Shown here: piece by piece, positions 60,771 through 64,000 of the stretch
Position numbering within the stretch: the stretch's first letter is position 1
Layout of the letters: every line of letters starts with the position of its first letter
Origin: a bacterium
GTDB lineage: Bacteria > UBA8248
Length of the DNA stretch: 64,000 nt
Direction: 5' to 3'
Assembly: GCA_965213625.1 (NCBI GenBank)
Contig: CBDBZU010000004.1
Span: 1,440,001 to 1,504,000 of the forward strand
The notes under the pieces: model-generated
The model's input: the letters and a program-made list of their open reading frames with translations, nothing else
Databases searched by the model: none
Told to the model about the DNA's origin: nothing
Made by a program: the position numbers and the translations under genes

Positions 60771-60865
60771 GCTGACACCCCGAAATCCCGAGAGCCGCCG
60801 GCTGGTCGGGTGAATGTCTGAAACCTGTGGTTTCATGATCTGCTTCCGGAATTTTCGGTAGTGTC

Positions 60866-61738
60866 TCAGTTTGAAATTCGCTTCTTGTAAGGGCCACGCC
60901 TTCCGGGCTTCGGCTCCCGCGCTTCAATCAACTTCACAATCCATTCAGTATCACGAAGTTCAGAATCAATTCCAGCAGCCATCGCAGGCGTTACCCGAAG
61001 GCTCTTGTGAATCCGGCAAAAATTGTAATGAACGAAGTAAAGCGAGAGCATGTGAATATGATTCTCAAGACGCTTCGAGAATGCGTTTGTAAGCCGCGTG
61101 AAACGACGCATACACATTCTCATGGTGAGGTTCTGGCGTTCTGCGTAGCTGGTGGAAATGTAATCGGGATTCGGCATTCCCGTTATCATGGCCATGCGAG
61201 TGCCGGTGCATTCGGACGGGCTGTACTTTCCCTCGCCTGAGTCGCCGTACAGCTTCACGAGCATCGCGTAATCGACATCATCCCCAAAAGCATCCTCCAC
61301 CGCTTCGAGATACGCTCTGTGTCCGTCTGTGGTCAACTGTACGCGGTTTGAAAGCCTCTCTGCTACGTCTCCCATGAACTCCGCCGCATACCCGCTATCA
61401 CGCCCGCCTACGAGATACGAGATAATCAACTTGGAATCCGCATCAATGGCCGTCCACGTCCAGGCATCGCCTGCGTTCTCGGGAGCCGCTTCCGCGTTCG
61501 CCACGTTCTTTTTCTTGGCGTAGACAAACGACCATATCTCATCGCACTGAACGCGCTTCGACTGGATGTCCCGCACGTGCGCGTTGTGATACTCCGCGCA
61601 GGCTTCACCGGCTTTGATGAGTAGCTTGGTAACGGTATTGATGGAAACGCCTGAGACGCGGGAGGTCGCCCGCATCGACATTCCTTCCACCAACATATTG
61701 AGGACTTGAACTCTCTTTGATGTAGTTAGTTTGTTCAT
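60866..61738 (-). CDS. IS1-family DDE transposase
   Basis: N-terminal HTH, VQCDEIWSFV, LTTDG, TSYAERQNLTMR..RRFTRLTNAFSK, YNFCRIH; stop codon lies inside the IR. Confidence 0.92.
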   Translation of the reverse strand: MNKLTTSKRVQVLNMLVEGMSMRATSRVSGVSINTVTKLLIKAGEACAEYHNAHVRDIQSKRVQCDEIWSFVYAKKKNVANAEAAPENAGDAWTWTAIDADSKLIISYLVGGRDSGYAAEFMGDVAERLSNRVQLTTDGHRAYLEAVEDAFGDDVDYAMLVKLYGDSGEGKYSPSECTGTRMAMITGMPNPDYISTSYAERQNLTMRMCMRRFTRLTNAFSKRLENHIHMLSLYFVHYNFCRIHKSLRVTPAMAAGIDSELRDTEWIVKLIEAREPKPGRRGPYKKRISN

Positions 61739-61840
61739 ACATACAATATATGAACTTTTATGCTTAGTGTCAAGTGTTATCTTGAGGAAATCGGGGTGAT
61801 CATTGCCCCATGGATACCATCGAGCAGGTGGAATCGGGGG

Positions 61841-62197
61841 CTATTTGTCGGAAACCGACTTGCCTATAGCAACTCCGGCCACAAACGTGAAAGCCGTTCC
61901 TAGAATCTGTATGGCATCACCAATCCAAGTGCGATCCCATAAGCCGCCTATAATAAAAAGGCATGCCAGAAGAACCAACAAGAGTACAGACAGAATAATT
62001 GATGCCGCATGTCCCTTGTCGTCAGTTCCGTATTTGACGCCCCATCTATCAAACAAGAAAATCTGGTTGGGGGCGCCACCATCAAAGAATGGAAATTGGG
62101 AAGTTTGAGTATCAGGTTCTTTTGAAACTAAAGAATCGTCTTCTTTGACCTGGAAATTGTCATTCGATGAGAGCATTGATTTTTTTGGCAAACGCAT
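61841..62197 (-). CDS. Hypothetical two-TM membrane protein (candidate Panacea-associated toxin)
   Basis: Two hydrophobic helices at the C-terminus; overlaps the end of the DUF4065 gene; start uncertain. Confidence 0.55.
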   Translation of the reverse strand: MRLPKKSMLSSNDNFQVKEDDSLVSKEPDTQTSQFPFFDGGAPNQIFLFDRWGVKYGTDDKGHAASIILSVLLLVLLACLFIIGGLWDRTWIGDAIQILGTAFTFVAGVAIGKSVSDK

Positions 62198-62684
62198 CCC
62201 TTATGATTTCGCTTGGGATTGTGGGTTTATCGACCAGATTATAGCGGTACTGTTTGGCAACAATAGTCCATGGCTCGCCCTCTCTATGAGTCATGTTGGA
62301 CAATTGGATGCCGGTTTTGTCTCCATAGACATCCCAAATTTTCTCAAAGAACGAAACAAGTTTTCCGTCATGTTTGGGATAGTCAAACGATGACACACCA
62401 TCGACGTCTATCATTAGCCGCTTACCATGCCTGTCAATGGAATTTCGGCCAAATTCCTTAAACTCTAGGTATAGATCACGTACAACAGGGCCATGAGGCC
62501 AAGCCTCAACATCCTCTGGAAACAGTTCTCCCCTTGTATTTCCCAAATACCATCCGTGGGAATAAAACGTCAGCTTGTAAAGCTTTAATTGATCGCAAGG
62601 GGGTTTTGAAGAGTCACTCCAGCTTCGCTCAAGAAACCAATTTGCAACTTCCATAGCCCTGGATGGGTGTTGCGTCTGTGTCAT
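62160..62684 (-). CDS. Panacea/SocA-like (DUF4065) antitoxin-domain protein
   Basis: VANWFL, QLKLYKLTFYSHGWYL, EAWPHGPVV.DLY, LSNMTH...PW, I...I...F. Confidence 0.88.
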   Translation of the reverse strand: MTQTQHPSRAMEVANWFLERSWSDSSKPPCDQLKLYKLTFYSHGWYLGNTRGELFPEDVEAWPHGPVVRDLYLEFKEFGRNSIDRHGKRLMIDVDGVSSFDYPKHDGKLVSFFEKIWDVYGDKTGIQLSNMTHREGEPWTIVAKQYRYNLVDKPTIPSEIIRDAFAKKINALIE

Positions 62685-62794
62685 ACGCTTCGCTCCTTCG
62701 CTTCACTCCTTATTGGTAGAAGTTGATGTCTTCTTGTCGGCAACAAGAGATAACATTTTACACACATAGTGTCGCCTTTGACATAGTATCAAAA

Positions 62795-63166
62795 TCATTG
62801 TCCGCGTTTCAGCCTATCTTGAGCATTTAATAAGGCTTGTCTCAACGAAAGTGGACGTCGAACCCAGAAAGATATTCGTATTACACCTACTCCAGTTCCA
62901 CGAATATTCACACTTCCTGCTGACAATATCCTTGCAATTACACCCTGCTTCAAATTAACTTCTTCAATCCTATTTACGTTCAACTCTTCGGTGCGCCTGC
63001 TTATAAACCCTCTTTTGATAACAAAACGTTGATTAGTAACAACAATTTCAGTTGTTAATTGTCGGAGCCACAGAAATGGAATGAGCCAATATATCCAATG
63101 AAGCTTAGCATCAAACACAACATTCTCATCACTTCCAAGAGTTTTGGATATATACCTTGTTCCCAC
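62795..63166 (-). CDS. Bacterial PH-domain (bPH_2) protein
   Basis: L...ENV...AKLHW, TTEIVVTNQRFVIKRGFISR...L...IE.V...QG...RIL..G.V.I.GTG. Confidence 0.8.
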   Translation of the reverse strand: MGTRYISKTLGSDENVVFDAKLHWIYWLIPFLWLRQLTTEIVVTNQRFVIKRGFISRRTEELNVNRIEEVNLKQGVIARILSAGSVNIRGTGVGVIRISFWVRRPLSLRQALLNAQDRLKRGQ

Positions 63167-63190
63167 AGAAACCCCTTGCCGTCTCTTATA

Positions 63191-63418
63191 TTATACCGCT
63201 TTCTTATGAGTTCCCCAGCGCGCAGCTGCGCCGTTCTGCGCAATCTCTTTCCTGCGCTCGGGCGATAGTTTGCTAGCCCTTACGTGGCCGCCCTTGCGCC
63301 CGTCTTCCTGTCCCTTAGTCTGGGTATCTTCGGTTTCACCGGTAGCGACCCTAGCGACGGATACAGCGCATCCGATAGCGTCTCCGGGCCTTTTCTGTCC
63401 TTGCGGGCCAGTAGGCAT
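63191..63418 (-). CDS. Small basic KGG-motif protein of the element
   Basis: MPTGPQGQKRPGDAIG.AV.VA.VATGE...GRKGG..RA.KLSPERRKEIA...AAARW; GGGAG RBS. Confidence 0.8.
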   Translation of the reverse strand: MPTGPQGQKRPGDAIGCAVSVARVATGETEDTQTKGQEDGRKGGHVRASKLSPERRKEIAQNGAAARWGTHKKAV

Positions 63419-63709
63419 GATATTGTCTCCCTGTGCAGACTCATCGAACTCTCCGGTTTAAGTATTTTTGTTGTGTGAATACTCTTTGTGATATTAAACC
63501 CCCGATCTAATATGTCAACCCCCTGCGGGGGTATATGTCCAATATGAGTATTTCAAAATGAGACACTACCGAATTTTCACGAGAGGGGCTGCAAGGCAGG
63601 GTTCACTGGGGATCGTACAAAAGCCGATCGGCATCGCAGGTTTTGTTATATGGGGTCGCTATGCTAACTTCTGGTTTGACGATTGCCGGTCGGCGGTCAT
63701 TCAGATGTC

Positions 63710-63786
63710 GGGTCGCTAGCTCAACTAGGCAGAGCAACGGACTCTTAATCCGTAGGTTCGGGGTTCGATTCCCCGGCGACCCACCA
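63710..63786 (+). tRNA. tRNA-Lys(CTT)
   Basis: Anticodon arm ACGGA-CTCTTAA-TCCGT, GGTTCGATTCC, encoded CCA. Confidence 0.96.
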
Positions 63787-63818
63787 GCTTTATGCATTCA
63801 TAGGAGAATCGGTTCTAT

Positions 63819-63917
63819 ATGGAAACCCTATCGATCATCGTATTGGCCGTAGTCGTACTCGTTTTCGTCTGGAAGGTGCTGCTCAAGGATCCCTTTGGGA
63901 TTTACCCCAAGAAATAA
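63819..63917 (+). CDS. Small single-TM protein (32 aa)
   Basis: METLSIIVLAVVVLVFVWKVLLKDPFGIYPKK; AGGAG about 12 nt upstream. Confidence 0.5.
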   Translation: METLSIIVLAVVVLVFVWKVLLKDPFGIYPKK

Positions 63918-64000
63918 TTCTCTTTTTCGCGCTTCATATCCAGAGCATCCAACCTGTCGTCTCTGTAAGCAAAACTGTTTCGACCGCATCTACTCGGGCA

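Larger units (their letters stand above)
60857..63570 (-). mobile_element. IS1-family element with passenger genes (2714 bp)
   Basis: Left IR GGTAGTGTCTCAGTTTGAAAT (60857-60877); right IR reverse-complemented GGTAGTGTCTCATTTTGAAAT (63550-63570), 20/21 match; 8-bp target duplication GAATTTTC at 60849-60856 and 63571-63578. Confidence 0.93.

Overview
GC-rich bacterial chromosomal window from a diderm organism. Ankyrin proteins, a Slam/lipoprotein pair, two dehalogenase-family genes and GTAG-type REPs resemble marine sponge-symbiont genomes; that placement is inference only. Most of the window is metabolic or housekeeping: TPP enzyme, homoserine dehydrogenase, AddAB-type helicase-nuclease, rpmG-rpmB, a CoA-transferase/acyl-CoA dehydrogenase/MaoC cluster, tatA, moeA-moeA/PBP-moaA, an RND pump, rph-rdgB, a Liv-type ABC transporter and four tRNAs. 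Features the ORF track misses or splits: (1) an AhpD/CMD-family gene at 47666-48343 with an in-frame TGA in a C-A-Y-U motif and a SECIS-like hairpin, i.e. a probable selenoprotein; (2) a complete 2714-bp IS1-family element at 60857-63570 with 21-bp inverted repeats and an 8-bp target duplication, carrying low-GC cargo (Panacea/DUF4065 gene overlapping an unknown membrane ORF, a bPH_2 gene and a small KGG-motif gene); (3) a Slam (T11SS) gene with a TbpB-like lipoprotein preceded by a degenerate duplicate of its own leader; (4) a 75-bp duplication of a gene 3' end and an ankyrin remnant; (5) a solitary TIR-like gene and an orphan higA. No CRISPR array, rRNA, integrase or reverse transcriptase was seen. 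All family assignments are from motif recognition, without database searches.
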